The notes beneath the pieces are model-generated. The model ran no database searches, had not been told where the DNA came from, and saw nothing but the letters and a program-made list of their open reading frames with translations. A program made the translations under genes and the position numbers. DNA of 64,000 bases. It comes from Candidatus Omnitrophota bacterium. Lineage in GTDB: Bacteria; Omnitrophota; Gorgyraeia; B26-G9. Positions 46,100-55,950 of this stretch are shown here, piece after piece (positions within the stretch are counted from its first letter, which is position 1; each line of letters begins with the position of its first letter). The DNA lies in assembly GCA_043826565.1 (NCBI GenBank), contig JBDRPX010000037.1, forward strand, positions 5,669 to 69,668, written 5' to 3'.

Positions 46100-48604
46100 A
46101 TGAGTAATTTAATGAAGATATATTACAAAAAAATCATTTTTTTTCTTATAGTCTTTTGTCTCTGGTCTTTTGTCTCTGGTCGGGGAACGCCGGCCTACTC
46201 TCAGCAAAACGAATACAAAGATTTATTTCTGGCCAAGCAGGCTTTTGAAGACGGTTTTTATGATGTTGCCGAGCGGCAGTTAAATAAGTTTTTAAGATAT
46301 TACCCTTATAGTAAACGCAGCTTTGATGTTCAGCTCTTACTTGCTCAGAGTTATTTAAAACAAGGCCAGGTGTATAAAGCTTCTAATATTTTTGAAGAAT
46401 TGTTAAAGGGTGGAGCGGCCCAGGAAAAAGGCAGATTGGATGAAGTTAATTTCTGGCTGGGTGAGACTTATTTTAAAGGGAAAGACTATGAAGGCGCGCT
46501 TGTTTTTTATGAAAAGATGATCAATGAATTTCCGGATACAAAATGGCTTTCTTACGCCTATTATAACAAGGCCTGGTGTTTGTACGAGTTGAAACGGTTT
46601 GAGGATTCTAAGCGGCAGTTCGAGGATTTTATCCGCAAATATCCGGGACATGAATACGTGTTTGAAGCTGAGTATAAGATCGGGGAGATTTTATTTGAAT
46701 CGCAGAAATTTGAGCAGGCTAAAAAATATCTTTTAATCTATGTCAAAAAACATCCGGCCCAGCATAGTGTACCCAGGCCGTATTGTCTACTGGGAGAAAT
46801 TCATTACCGGATTGGGGATTACAGCCAAGCCATAAAATTTTATGAAGAATCTCTTAAGTATGGACTGCGTTCACAATATACTCCCTACGCGCGTTATGGA
46901 ATCGGCTGGTCATATTATAAATTGGGCGCTTATAAAGAAAGTCTTGATGCTTTTGCGAAATTCATGGAATTTTTTCCTAAGCATAATCTGGCCCAACTGG
47001 TAATTCTGCAGATGGGGCAGTGTGGTTTGGAATTAAAGGATTATGAAGGGGCCTTGGGATATTACAATGAGCTCATCAGCCGATTCCCTAAAGGTGATCT
47101 GCTCCATCGCGCGTATCTATCAAAGGCCAAGACAGTATTTGAACTTGGCAGGATCGATGAATCGATAATTGTTTATAAAGAACTGCTGGAGAGATTTACT
47201 CAGGCCGATATTATTTCCGAAGCCCATTATAATCTGGGGATTGCCTATCTGGAAAATAAAGATTTAAATAATGCGGTCGATGAATTTAAGTTAGCTGAGA
47301 AACTTTCTCCGGAGGCGGTTATGAAAGTAAATGCCTTGACCAAGATCGCCGATATCCATCTTGAAAAAGGCGAGTTTGATTTAGCTCAAAAATTATATGA
47401 TAAAATCCTGATTGATTTTAGTGATAGCAAAGATGCTGATTATGCGCAATATCAATTAGGGGTAAGCTTTCTGGGGCAAGGCCGGTTTGATGCGGCGATA
47501 CTCGCGTTCGCGAATATTTTAAATAATTTTCCTAAAAGCCGGATTATCGGAAAAACACAATATCATTTGGGAATTGCGTATTTTAAAAAGGGTAATTTTT
47601 CTGTTGCCGAAAGCAAACTTAAAAGTTTTATAGAGCAGTATCCGAAGAGTGAATTTAATGATCAGGCTCTTTTCCATATGGCGGCTTCTATGTATAATTT
47701 AAAAAATTGTAAAGAGGCAATAATACTCTATACCCGTCTAATAAGATCTGTTACCGACCGGGAGCTTCTCTGGCGCTCTACTTATCAGCGGGCGTGGTGT
47801 TATTATCATTTGGGAAAAGAAAAAGAAGCGATTAACGGCTTTGTTGCTTGTCTTTCCCAATTCAGTGATATCCCGATTAGTGCCGATATTCAATTCTGGC
47901 TGGGGCAGTATTATCTGGAGAAAAATGATTTTGGCAAGGCGCAAGGGTATTTTCTTGCGGTATTGAATAATCCGCTGCCGAATGAATTAAAGGATGACGC
48001 GATGTTCCAGTTGGGCGTATGTTATCGAAAGTCCGGCCGGCTTAGTTTAGCGGTAAAGCAGTTTAATAATTTTAAAAGAGGGTTTCCGGAGAGTGAATTT
48101 ATTCCTGAGGTTATGTTAAGGATTTCCCATATGTTTATAACTCAGAAAAAGAAGGACAAGGCCCAGGCGGAATTAAAAGAGCTTATTAATAAATTTGCGT
48201 CAACGGCATATGAAAGCATCGCCTATAAAAAACTGGCGGATATTGAAGAATCGGAAAATAATATTCAGCAGGCGATAAGCTATCTTAACAGCGCTTTAAA
48301 TAATACTCAGGTCTTGGCGGAGTTTAAAGCGCAGTTACAGTATGATGTGGCGCGTTTGTGGGAAGCCTCCGGAGATGATGAGCAGGCAACAGAAGAATAT
48401 TTGAAAGTAGGGTATCTTTATCCGGATAATAAAGAACAGGCGGGTAATTCATATTGGAAAGTAAGCATGATTTTTGAAAATAATAAAGAATATGAAAAAG
48501 CAGTAAGTATCTATGAAAAAATAATTGCCCAGGGGCTAAAAGAAAAAGAAAAAGCTAAGGAGAGATTAGAATGTTTAAAAGAAAAATTATCTGCTACACC
48601 GTAA
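46100..48604 (+). CDS. Periplasmic multi-TPR protein (CpoB/BamD-like repeats)
   Basis: Signal peptide; many A.Y.LG..Y...Y..A...F...I..YP.S repeats. Confidence 0.9.
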   Translation: MSNLMKIYYKKIIFFLIVFCLWSFVSGRGTPAYSQQNEYKDLFLAKQAFEDGFYDVAERQLNKFLRYYPYSKRSFDVQLLLAQSYLKQGQVYKASNIFEELLKGGAAQEKGRLDEVNFWLGETYFKGKDYEGALVFYEKMINEFPDTKWLSYAYYNKAWCLYELKRFEDSKRQFEDFIRKYPGHEYVFEAEYKIGEILFESQKFEQAKKYLLIYVKKHPAQHSVPRPYCLLGEIHYRIGDYSQAIKFYEESLKYGLRSQYTPYARYGIGWSYYKLGAYKESLDAFAKFMEFFPKHNLAQLVILQMGQCGLELKDYEGALGYYNELISRFPKGDLLHRAYLSKAKTVFELGRIDESIIVYKELLERFTQADIISEAHYNLGIAYLENKDLNNAVDEFKLAEKLSPEAVMKVNALTKIADIHLEKGEFDLAQKLYDKILIDFSDSKDADYAQYQLGVSFLGQGRFDAAILAFANILNNFPKSRIIGKTQYHLGIAYFKKGNFSVAESKLKSFIEQYPKSEFNDQALFHMAASMYNLKNCKEAIILYTRLIRSVTDRELLWRSTYQRAWCYYHLGKEKEAINGFVACLSQFSDIPISADIQFWLGQYYLEKNDFGKAQGYFLAVLNNPLPNELKDDAMFQLGVCYRKSGRLSLAVKQFNNFKRGFPESEFIPEVMLRISHMFITQKKKDKAQAELKELINKFASTAYESIAYKKLADIEESENNIQQAISYLNSALNNTQVLAEFKAQLQYDVARLWEASGDDEQATEEYLKVGYLYPDNKEQAGNSYWKVSMIFENNKEYEKAVSIYEKIIAQGLKEKEKAKERLECLKEKLSATP

Positions 48605-50067
48605 TCGTTCTATTATTTATAGCGGCGATAAATACGGTAAAGGTATACGGGGAGGATTTGAAAAAACCGCTATTGGATCTGCCGCATGTGGTTGGGGATG
48701 ATCTCCTGCCGGATGCGTTTATGCCTGAAGAAAGCCGGGAGAAAACCGGAATTGAAGATAGTTCCGGGTTTTTCAGCTTTGCTTATGGCAGGTTTCATTC
48801 CAGTACTTATGATATTAAACAATCAGCCCGGGGAGACAATTTTTATTATACCGCGCGAATCAATATTGATGATTCCGGCGGAGAACGTGATAACAGTAAA
48901 TTCACAACGTACCGGCCGAGTTTTGAGTTAGGTATCCCTTTTGACCGGGAAAATGAGGCTGTTTTCAAGGTTAATTATTTCAATAAGATTATGAATCTTC
49001 CCGGGAAAATGGATGCGCTTACTCCCGGGGCAAAAAGGAAGAACACGGATTTTGAGATATCTGCGCAGTTTATTCGCGGATTGGATAATGGGCAGGTGAA
49101 AATAGAGCCTTATTATGGCCGCTCAATATTGGATGAAGATATTAATCGCCGGGATTTCCGAAATAAACTTTTGGGAACAAGGATAAATTTTGAAGCTGAT
49201 GAAAATGAAGTAAAAATAGACGCGTTTGATAATAAACTGGTGGACCGGTATGAGCATTTAATTACGGATGCTAAGATAAGATTAAAACCCATTCCGCTTG
49301 ATGAGCAATGGCAGTTTAGGCTGGGGGCTAATATTTTTGCTCAGGAAGGTTTTGGGCAAAGGCCCTCTCCTTATGTAGAGTTAATGTTTAGTTCACAAGA
49401 GGACAGTTCTCATAAATTAAAAGCCACGCGTGAATTTGCTCCGCTTGTGTTTCGGGAAATCTACCTTAATGATAATTTCGTGGAAGCAACCCCTCTGGAA
49501 TTACGCCCGCGAAGAAAGTCGATTATTTCCTATGAATTCGACAAATATGTCAGCCGGGAGTGGAGGACAAACTTAGTTATCTATGTACAGCAGGACAAAG
49601 ATCTGTGGTTTTGGAATGATCCGGATAATAATGGCTTATACTCTCCGGAGATCATTGAAAAGGTAAATTTCGGCGGGATAAAGATATCTACTGAGTATAC
49701 CTGGAGTGAAGCCTTCAGCCATTTTATTAGTTTGAATTTACGCAGTATAACCAGTAAAGATCCTGATTATGAGTTTGTGCCGTTTGAGCCTAAGCAAAGA
49801 ATAGCTGTCGGGCTTACTTATAAGATTGACGAAAGATTTAAGATGGATATTACCGGCGATTACTTCGGCCGGCGCTTTTTTCAGGGTAATTCCAAGGAGA
49901 GTTTTAGCGCGTATTTTCTCTTGGCAAGCAAGCTGACCTATCAACTGAAAGATTACTTGACTTTATTTGTGTTAGTTGATAATTTATTAAATGACCATTA
50001 TGAAATAGTAAAAGGTTATCCCAGCCAGAGTAGGAGTGCCTTGGCCGGAGCATCGGTTAAATTCTAA
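48571..50067 (+). CDS. Outer-membrane beta-barrel, TonB-dependent receptor-like
   Basis: Signal peptide; amphipathic strands; C-terminal VDNLLNDHYE...GYP...RSALAGASVKF; adjacent to exbBD-tonB. Confidence 0.8.
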   Translation: MFKRKIICYTVIVLLFIAAINTVKVYGEDLKKPLLDLPHVVGDDLLPDAFMPEESREKTGIEDSSGFFSFAYGRFHSSTYDIKQSARGDNFYYTARINIDDSGGERDNSKFTTYRPSFELGIPFDRENEAVFKVNYFNKIMNLPGKMDALTPGAKRKNTDFEISAQFIRGLDNGQVKIEPYYGRSILDEDINRRDFRNKLLGTRINFEADENEVKIDAFDNKLVDRYEHLITDAKIRLKPIPLDEQWQFRLGANIFAQEGFGQRPSPYVELMFSSQEDSSHKLKATREFAPLVFREIYLNDNFVEATPLELRPRRKSIISYEFDKYVSREWRTNLVIYVQQDKDLWFWNDPDNNGLYSPEIIEKVNFGGIKISTEYTWSEAFSHFISLNLRSITSKDPDYEFVPFEPKQRIAVGLTYKIDERFKMDITGDYFGRRFFQGNSKESFSAYFLLASKLTYQLKDYLTLFVLVDNLLNDHYEIVKGYPSQSRSALAGASVKF

Positions 50068-50246
50068 TAAATCTTTTATTATGAATATGTTATGTTCTGG
50101 GGAAATCTTACCGGGTTTTTTATGCTGAAAAGATTTTAATATTAGTATAAACTTCTAATCATAAAAAATCCGATATTAATTTGTTGGTACTAAAAGACCT
50201 CTCACCTTTGCAGGTTCGAGGTTAATTTACGTAGTAAATTAAGGAG

Positions 50247-50939
50247 ATGATTATGCAGAGAATAATGTATCGTATCGCGTGGGTGGCCATGTCGTTATTG
50301 ATTTCCATAGGTTTATATATGAAAGTAGACATAATCAGTAAAGGCGGGCCGGTAATGATTCCGATAATTTTGTGTTCTATTTTCGCGCTGGCGATAATGC
50401 TCGAAAGAGCAGTAAGTTTATATCGTTCAAAAATAGATACAAATAAGTTTATGGATGAAATAACCACGGCCTTAAAACGCAATCGAATTAACGAGGCCTT
50501 GGATATTTGTGAGCAGACCCAAGGACCGATTGCCCGGATCTTAAAAGCGGGAATTTCTAAACATGACCGTCAGCGCCACGAAATTAGAGAGGCAATTGAA
50601 GACGCGGGATTACATGAGGTGCCTAAGCTGGAAAAGAACTTAAGCGCCTTGGCAACGATTGCCCATGTCAGCCCGTTGTTGGGATTATTAGGCACGGTTA
50701 CCGGGATGGTTTCTACATTTCAGATAATTCAGCAAAAAGCGGTAGCCATGTATCCGGTGGATCCATCTGTTCTGGCTAAGGGAATATGGGAAGCGTTAAT
50801 TACTACCGTAGCCGGGCTTATCGTGGCGATCCCTTGTTTTGTCGCTTATAATTATTTGGTATCGAAAGTCCAGAATTTGGTAGTGGAGATGGAAGTTTCC
50901 GCGACTGATCTGGTTAATATACTTACGCAGCGAAGATGA
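50247..50939 (+). CDS. exbB: MotA/TolQ/ExbB proton channel
   Basis: GGPVMIPI, SPLLGLLGTVTGMV, GIWEALITTVAGLIVAIP. Confidence 0.92.
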   Translation: MIMQRIMYRIAWVAMSLLISIGLYMKVDIISKGGPVMIPIILCSIFALAIMLERAVSLYRSKIDTNKFMDEITTALKRNRINEALDICEQTQGPIARILKAGISKHDRQRHEIREAIEDAGLHEVPKLEKNLSALATIAHVSPLLGLLGTVTGMVSTFQIIQQKAVAMYPVDPSVLAKGIWEALITTVAGLIVAIPCFVAYNYLVSKVQNLVVEMEVSATDLVNILTQRR

Positions 50940-50952
50940 ATCTTTGTGGATT

Positions 50953-51417
50953 TTCAATAAATTCAAATATCAAAGATCAAAATGCAAAATGATAAAGAAA
51001 AATTCAAAAAGGAATTTATATCAAGATTAGTAAAATTCTCCTTGTTAGTTTTAAAGCTGGGAGAGAAAATGAGGAAAGAAAGAATTCTTTGGCCAATAAT
51101 AGACCAGTTAGTCCGGAGTAGTACTTCAATTGGAGCCAATGTAGTAGAGGCTAAGTCTTCAAGTTCAAGAAGAGATTATCTTAAGTTTTTTGAAATAGCT
51201 TTAAAGTCAGCAAATGAAACAAAGTATTGGTTGATACTAGTAAAAGAAAGCAGTAATGATTTTAAGGTGGAATCGGATAATCTCTTAAAGGAAATAAAAG
51301 AAATATCAAATGTAATTGGTGCTAGTGTGTTGACCTTAAAAGGTAAGAATTAATGTTTTTTACATTTTAATTTGTCATTTTGATTTTTGCATTTTGCAGT
51401 TTGATTTTTAATTTTAA
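50953..51417. repeat. Inverted degenerate heptamer arrays flanking the four-helix-bundle gene
   Basis: Left TCAAATA-TCAAAGA-TCAAAAT-GCAAAAT; right TTTTGAT-TTTTGCA-TTTTGCA-GTTTGAT. Confidence 0.75.
50982..51353 (+). CDS. Four-helix-bundle protein (23S rRNA IVP / bAvd-like)
   Basis: QLVRSSTSIGANVVEA, SRRDYLKFFEIALKSANETKYWL. Confidence 0.92.
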   Translation: MQNDKEKFKKEFISRLVKFSLLVLKLGEKMRKERILWPIIDQLVRSSTSIGANVVEAKSSSSRRDYLKFFEIALKSANETKYWLILVKESSNDFKVESDNLLKEIKEISNVIGASVLTLKGKN

Positions 51418-51429
51418 AAAGGAGATACC

Positions 51430-51843
51430 GTGCGTTTTAGAAAGCATTTGGAACTTGAAAAAGGGCAAAAGGAAATAAATATCACGCCATTAGTGGACAT
51501 GGTATTTCTTCTGCTTATTTTTTTCATGCTCACTTCCAGCTTTATTGTAATGCCGGGGATAAGGGTTAATCTGCCCAAGGCGGTAACTTCAGAGGTTATT
51601 AAGGATAAAAACATTACGGTAACTGTTAATAATAAAAATGTTATTTATCTGAATGATAAACCGATCACGGCTAAAGAACTGACTAGTTACCTTGAAGAAG
51701 TTGTTAAAAATAAAGAAGAAAAACCACTGCTTATAAAAGCGGATACGGACACCCAATTAGGGGCAGTAGTAAGGGTCTGGGATATTTGCCGGAAAGTAGG
51801 TATCTCTCAGATCAATATTGCGACTCTTCAGGAAATAAACTAA
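51430..51843 (+). CDS. exbD: ExbD/TolR biopolymer transport protein
   Basis: EINITPLVDMVFLLLIFFMLTS, VNLPKA, IKAD. Confidence 0.93.
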   Translation: MRFRKHLELEKGQKEINITPLVDMVFLLLIFFMLTSSFIVMPGIRVNLPKAVTSEVIKDKNITVTVNNKNVIYLNDKPITAKELTSYLEEVVKNKEEKPLLIKADTDTQLGAVVRVWDICRKVGISQINIATLQEIN

Positions 51844-51846
51844 GCG

Positions 51847-52458
51847 ATGCAGGGTAAAAATATTTTTGGTATTGCGTTATCTTGTTCTATTATTTGGCAC
51901 CTGGTTGGTTTTGGTGCGATAAATATTGTTTGTCCGGAACAATTATTGCGGCCTGAATTTGCACCGGTTAATTTTTTAGGCGCGATATTAGATCGGCCGG
52001 CGGCCCGAATTGATGTTGTACCTGAGATTTTACCGCAAGCTCAGGGCTTGGCCGGAAAAAGTATTCCCCGTTCATTAGAAAAGGAAACTCTCCCTTTTTC
52101 GGAACTTTCTAATAAAGCAATTCCCGATACTAATGCGGTTTTGACCGGGCCTAAGCAATTTATGATCACAGAAGTTTTAGGGGAGGGCTTCCGGCGCGGA
52201 ATTATACAAAAGCCGGCATTACCGGTTTGCCCGGAATGGGCGAAAAAACTCAGCAGCGATTTTGAGATACAATTAAAATTTCTGATCCTGCCCGAAGGAA
52301 CTGTCGGAACGGTAGAAAAAATTACTTCATCCGGATATCCGGAACTTGATGAAATCGGGGTCAGGTATATAAGAAAATGGAAATTCATGCCGCTTGCTGA
52401 AGATTCGCTTCTACAGGAACAATGGGGCAATATTAAGTTACTGTTTAAAATAAAATGA
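51847..52458 (+). CDS. tonB: TonB-family energy transducer
   Basis: N-terminal TM with S..WH; C-terminal SSGYPELD...KWKFMP. Confidence 0.82.
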   Translation: MQGKNIFGIALSCSIIWHLVGFGAINIVCPEQLLRPEFAPVNFLGAILDRPAARIDVVPEILPQAQGLAGKSIPRSLEKETLPFSELSNKAIPDTNAVLTGPKQFMITEVLGEGFRRGIIQKPALPVCPEWAKKLSSDFEIQLKFLILPEGTVGTVEKITSSGYPELDEIGVRYIRKWKFMPLAEDSLLQEQWGNIKLLFKIK

Positions 52459-52691
52459 TAAATCTAGAATTAAGCCAGGTGGTTGCTGTTTATGTGCTCT
52501 TGTTTATCATGGGGTTTTTAGGGGCATGGACTTTTTCATTCTTGAAAAATAAAGTCAGCCGGGATATAATTCAATATAAGCTGTGTCAATGTGCTATTTG
52601 TACGTTTGTGTATTCTACGGTCATGGACATGGAAATGACAATTTGCCCAAGATGCGGCAGTTATAACAAAAAAGAGGAGGTGGGGGGATGA
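52455..52691 (+). CDS. Small membrane protein with CxxC...CxxC zinc ribbon
   Basis: TM helix followed by CAIC and CPRCGS; translationally coupled to neighbours. Confidence 0.75.
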   Translation: MINLELSQVVAVYVLLFIMGFLGAWTFSFLKNKVSRDIIQYKLCQCAICTFVYSTVMDMEMTICPRCGSYNKKEEVGG

Positions 52692-52885
52692 TTATTGGAA
52701 TCGGAATTGTTGCCGGAGATATCTGGCATTATTTAGATGATCATGGGACAGTTTTATTAAATGATCTGGTTAAGGCTCTGGATAAGCCCAGAGATATAGT
52801 TCTCATGAGCCTGGGCTGGTTGTCCCGGGAAGGGCATGTGATGATCAAGGGAGAAGATAACTTTAGTATCTCTTTGCGTAAGTAG
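52688..52885 (+). CDS. Winged-helix protein (DUF2582-like)
   Basis: IGIVAGDIWHYL...MSLGWLSREG. Confidence 0.82.
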   Translation: MIIGIGIVAGDIWHYLDDHGTVLLNDLVKALDKPRDIVLMSLGWLSREGHVMIKGEDNFSISLRK

Positions 52886-52909
52886 ATAGTTATCTAAGCG
52901 GAGTAGCTT

Positions 52910-53233
52910 ATGGGTATTGAAAGCGGTTATATTATTGTATTTGTTACTGCTTCTTCAGCAGAAGAAGCTGGTAAATTATCAAAGGCTTTGATTGATCATA
53001 AGTTAGCGGCTTGTGTTAACACAGCTCCGGTGGCCTCTGTTTTTACCTGGCAGGGGAAAACAGAAAAAGCCGAAGAGATATTAATGATCATTAAAACCCG
53101 GGCGGATCTGTTTGAGAAGCTGGAAACGCTGGTTAAAAAAGAGCATAGTTACGATGTGCCGGAAATAATCGCTATCCCAATATTTGCAGGGAGTAAGGAT
53201 TATTTGGATTGGATAGACGAGAGCACTAAGTAA
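52910..53233 (+). CDS. cutA: Divalent-cation tolerance protein CutA
   Basis: LAACVN, SVFTWQG, IKT, HSYDVPEII, YLDWI. Confidence 0.93.
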   Translation: MGIESGYIIVFVTASSAEEAGKLSKALIDHKLAACVNTAPVASVFTWQGKTEKAEEILMIIKTRADLFEKLETLVKKEHSYDVPEIIAIPIFAGSKDYLDWIDESTK

Positions 53234-53261
53234 TACCTGAGAAGATAGTTTGTTATGTACT

Positions 53262-53292
53262 AAGGCCGGGTTAATTCTAACCCGGCCTTTTT
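53262..53292 (+). terminator. Intrinsic terminator after cutA
   Basis: AAGGCCGGGTTA-ATTC-TAACCCGGCCTT followed by a T-tract. Confidence 0.88.
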
Positions 53293-53475
53293 AGTTCTTA
53301 AAAAGTGGATAAAAATTTGCATGTGTAGCTAAAAACACCCCCAGAGCACTCAATAATAGTATATTTTAAATTATGTTTAACTAATTTGAGTGTTATATGA
53401 TATAATAACAAATAATATTAAATAGTGATTTTTGTACTTTTAACCTGAAAATGTGATAAAAATGCAGGAGGGGCT

Positions 53476-54483
53476 GTGAGAGGAGAAATTCAATCTGCTA
53501 AAGCTTTCAAGAGGTTTTTTGGAGAAATTGAAGATTTTAATAGAATAATGACTGAGTTAGAATCGTCTTTATCTAAAAAATTGGTTACAAATAATGAGGT
53601 GTATTACAAAAAGTTATGTAAAGCTATGGGAAAACTAGTTCAAAAAATTAACTGTTTGGAGAAGCATATTGCTGGGTCAAAAGAATTATTGCTGTTTAGT
53701 AAGAATGCTTTTAGAGTTTTATCGGGAAAATTATTTGATAAAAGTTCGATATTAAAACACTGTTTTTATAAACCTCAGGGATATCCTGGTGATTATATTA
53801 CGATGGAAAGATTTTATGATGGGCGCCCTCGAGGAAGAGGAATAGGGAGGTTGCTTGATCGTTATTATTTAGAAGGAGATGGCCCTCAAGCTATTCGTTG
53901 CAGAAAAGAAGCAATTTTAAATATAGTAACTGATTTTATTAAAAATTCTCATAAAAAAATTTCTTTGATTGATATTGGTTGTGGTTCCTGCCGTATAGAA
54001 AAAGAACTAATTGATCTTGTTGGGGAGCAAGTATTTTCAAAAATTGTTTTTGTTGATCAGGATATAGATGCGCTCTCATTTAGTAAAAAGATTAATGAGA
54101 AACATGTAGAAAAGTGCAAAATGCGATTTCAGCAAATGGATGTGATTAGTTTACTGAGGCGATCACAATTATTCACGGAAGAAAAATTCGATGTAATCTT
54201 TTGTATTGGGTTATTTGATTATATTTATGATGCTACTTTTGGCAGGCTTGTCAAATATTTATGGCGTATGTTAGCTCCGGGGGGAATGATTGTGCTATCT
54301 AACTGTAGCCTTGCTCATTTAAATAGGACGGAAAGAGAATGGATTGTTGATTGGAGAATGCATCATCGCAGCAAGGAGCAGATACAAGGGATTTTAGAAC
54401 AGACGGAAATACAGGATTTAAAGTTTAAATTTTCCATGGAGAGGTCAAACGGTATTATTATTATTACACTTTATAAGCGGTAG
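53476..54483 (+). CDS. Class I SAM methyltransferase, PhcB-like
   Basis: KPQGYPGDY, AIRCR, IDIGCGSCR, VDQD, CIGLFDY, EWIVDWRMHHR. Confidence 0.75.
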   Translation: MRGEIQSAKAFKRFFGEIEDFNRIMTELESSLSKKLVTNNEVYYKKLCKAMGKLVQKINCLEKHIAGSKELLLFSKNAFRVLSGKLFDKSSILKHCFYKPQGYPGDYITMERFYDGRPRGRGIGRLLDRYYLEGDGPQAIRCRKEAILNIVTDFIKNSHKKISLIDIGCGSCRIEKELIDLVGEQVFSKIVFVDQDIDALSFSKKINEKHVEKCKMRFQQMDVISLLRRSQLFTEEKFDVIFCIGLFDYIYDATFGRLVKYLWRMLAPGGMIVLSNCSLAHLNRTEREWIVDWRMHHRSKEQIQGILEQTEIQDLKFKFSMERSNGIIIITLYKR

Positions 54484-54492
54484 GGGGTAGCT

Positions 54493-55947
54493 ATGGGGGA
54501 TTATAGAGAAAATAATTATGATGTAGTTATTATCGGAGCAGGGGTTGGTGGGTTGGTATGCGGTTGCTTTTTAGCTAAATCAGGGTTTAAAGTTATGATT
54601 GTTGAGAGTAATAAGAATCCTGGCGGATGTTGTGTTTCTTTTAGGAGAAAAGGGTTTGTTTTTGATGCAGGAGTTTTTTCTTTAGGTGATTGTGATGATG
54701 GCGGAAAACTGGGGCAAATTATTGAGATGTTGTCATTAAAAGAATTTGTGAATTTAATACAGTTAGATCCTACCGAAGTTATTGTTACTCCAGACGTAAA
54801 TGTTGTCGTAAGTAAATCATTTCATAGTACTATGTCAGCATTTCAGCGATGTTTTCCTTCTCAGGCAAATAAAATTGAAAAGTTTTTAGAGTTTTTGCAA
54901 GAATCTTCTCCGGTCAGATTGCTTGCTGCATTTAAGGATTATTCTTTTGAGGAATTGCTGGATAGTTATTTTTCTGATGATCAGTTGAAGCTAGTTTTTT
55001 ATACAATTATGGCTACGTTTGGTCAACCAAGCAAAAACATTTCTGCAGTGACGGCAGCAGTTGTTCTTAAAGAGTTTATTGTAAATGGAGGGTATTATCC
55101 TGAAGGGGGTGTGCAGAAATTTGCCGAAGGGTTAGTGAGTGTTTTTGAAAAAATGGGAGGAGTTATAAAATATTCTTGCACTGCTACCAAAATATTGGTG
55201 AAAGATAATAAAGTAAAAGGAGTTTTTGTGAATAAGGAAACCCTGATTAATGCAGATATTGTTATCTCCAATTGTGATGCTTCCCAGACTTTTTTAAAAC
55301 TAATAGATTGTGAGCATTTAGACAATAATTTTATTGAGATAATTCAGAATAGAATTCCTTCAATATCATCATTTATGGTTTTTTTGGGGGTTGGACACAA
55401 GTTTAATGAATTAAAGTATAAATGTAAATATTGGTGCGCGCTAAATTCCAATATAATTTCGGGGGGGGAGGGAGATATTAAAAATGATTGGTCGCGTATA
55501 GGGGATCATTTGATCGTGAGTTTTCCTTCTTTGTATGACAGTTCTTTGTCACCGGAGAATAAAGAAAGTGTTTGCATCTTAGTAAGTGTTCCTTTTGGAA
55601 ATAAAGAATTTTGGATAAAAAACAAGGCTGAGATAGCGGAGCAAGTGATTAGTAAAACGGAGAAAATATTTCCTGGACTTTCTAAGGATATCGAAATTAA
55701 AGAAATTGCAACTCCATTGACTTATGTTAGATTTACGCAAAACCGTAATGGCGCAGCCTATGGGTGGGATGGAACAAGAGCACAGTTAACAGAAAACGTT
55801 TTGTCTTATAAAACCCCAATCAAGGGACTTTATGTTGTCGGGCATTGGACAAAGGATGGTTTTGGGGTTTCCCGCGCTGCTTTTTCGGGGTATAATGTAT
55901 CAAGACTAGTTTCTGCATCTTATAAAAAAGATTTAACAGTTAATTAA
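54493..55947 (+). CDS. FAD-dependent oxidoreductase, phytoene desaturase/retinol saturase family
   Basis: VIIGAGVGGL, PGG...GFVFDAG, YPEGG, TPLTYVRFT...GAAYG, TPIKGLYVVGHWT. Confidence 0.88.
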   Translation: MGDYRENNYDVVIIGAGVGGLVCGCFLAKSGFKVMIVESNKNPGGCCVSFRRKGFVFDAGVFSLGDCDDGGKLGQIIEMLSLKEFVNLIQLDPTEVIVTPDVNVVVSKSFHSTMSAFQRCFPSQANKIEKFLEFLQESSPVRLLAAFKDYSFEELLDSYFSDDQLKLVFYTIMATFGQPSKNISAVTAAVVLKEFIVNGGYYPEGGVQKFAEGLVSVFEKMGGVIKYSCTATKILVKDNKVKGVFVNKETLINADIVISNCDASQTFLKLIDCEHLDNNFIEIIQNRIPSISSFMVFLGVGHKFNELKYKCKYWCALNSNIISGGEGDIKNDWSRIGDHLIVSFPSLYDSSLSPENKESVCILVSVPFGNKEFWIKNKAEIAEQVISKTEKIFPGLSKDIEIKEIATPLTYVRFTQNRNGAAYGWDGTRAQLTENVLSYKTPIKGLYVVGHWTKDGFGVSRAAFSGYNVSRLVSASYKKDLTVN

Positions 55948-55950
55948 ATT

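Noticed and set aside
46151-46181. GTCTTTT-GTCTCTG x2 repeat in the TPR signal peptide as a phase-variation site
   Set aside because: Only two 14-nt units with the frame intact; insufficient evidence.
50982-51353. Diversity-generating retroelement suggested by the Avd-like gene
   Set aside because: No reverse transcriptase and no TR/VR pair with adenine-specific mismatches in the window.
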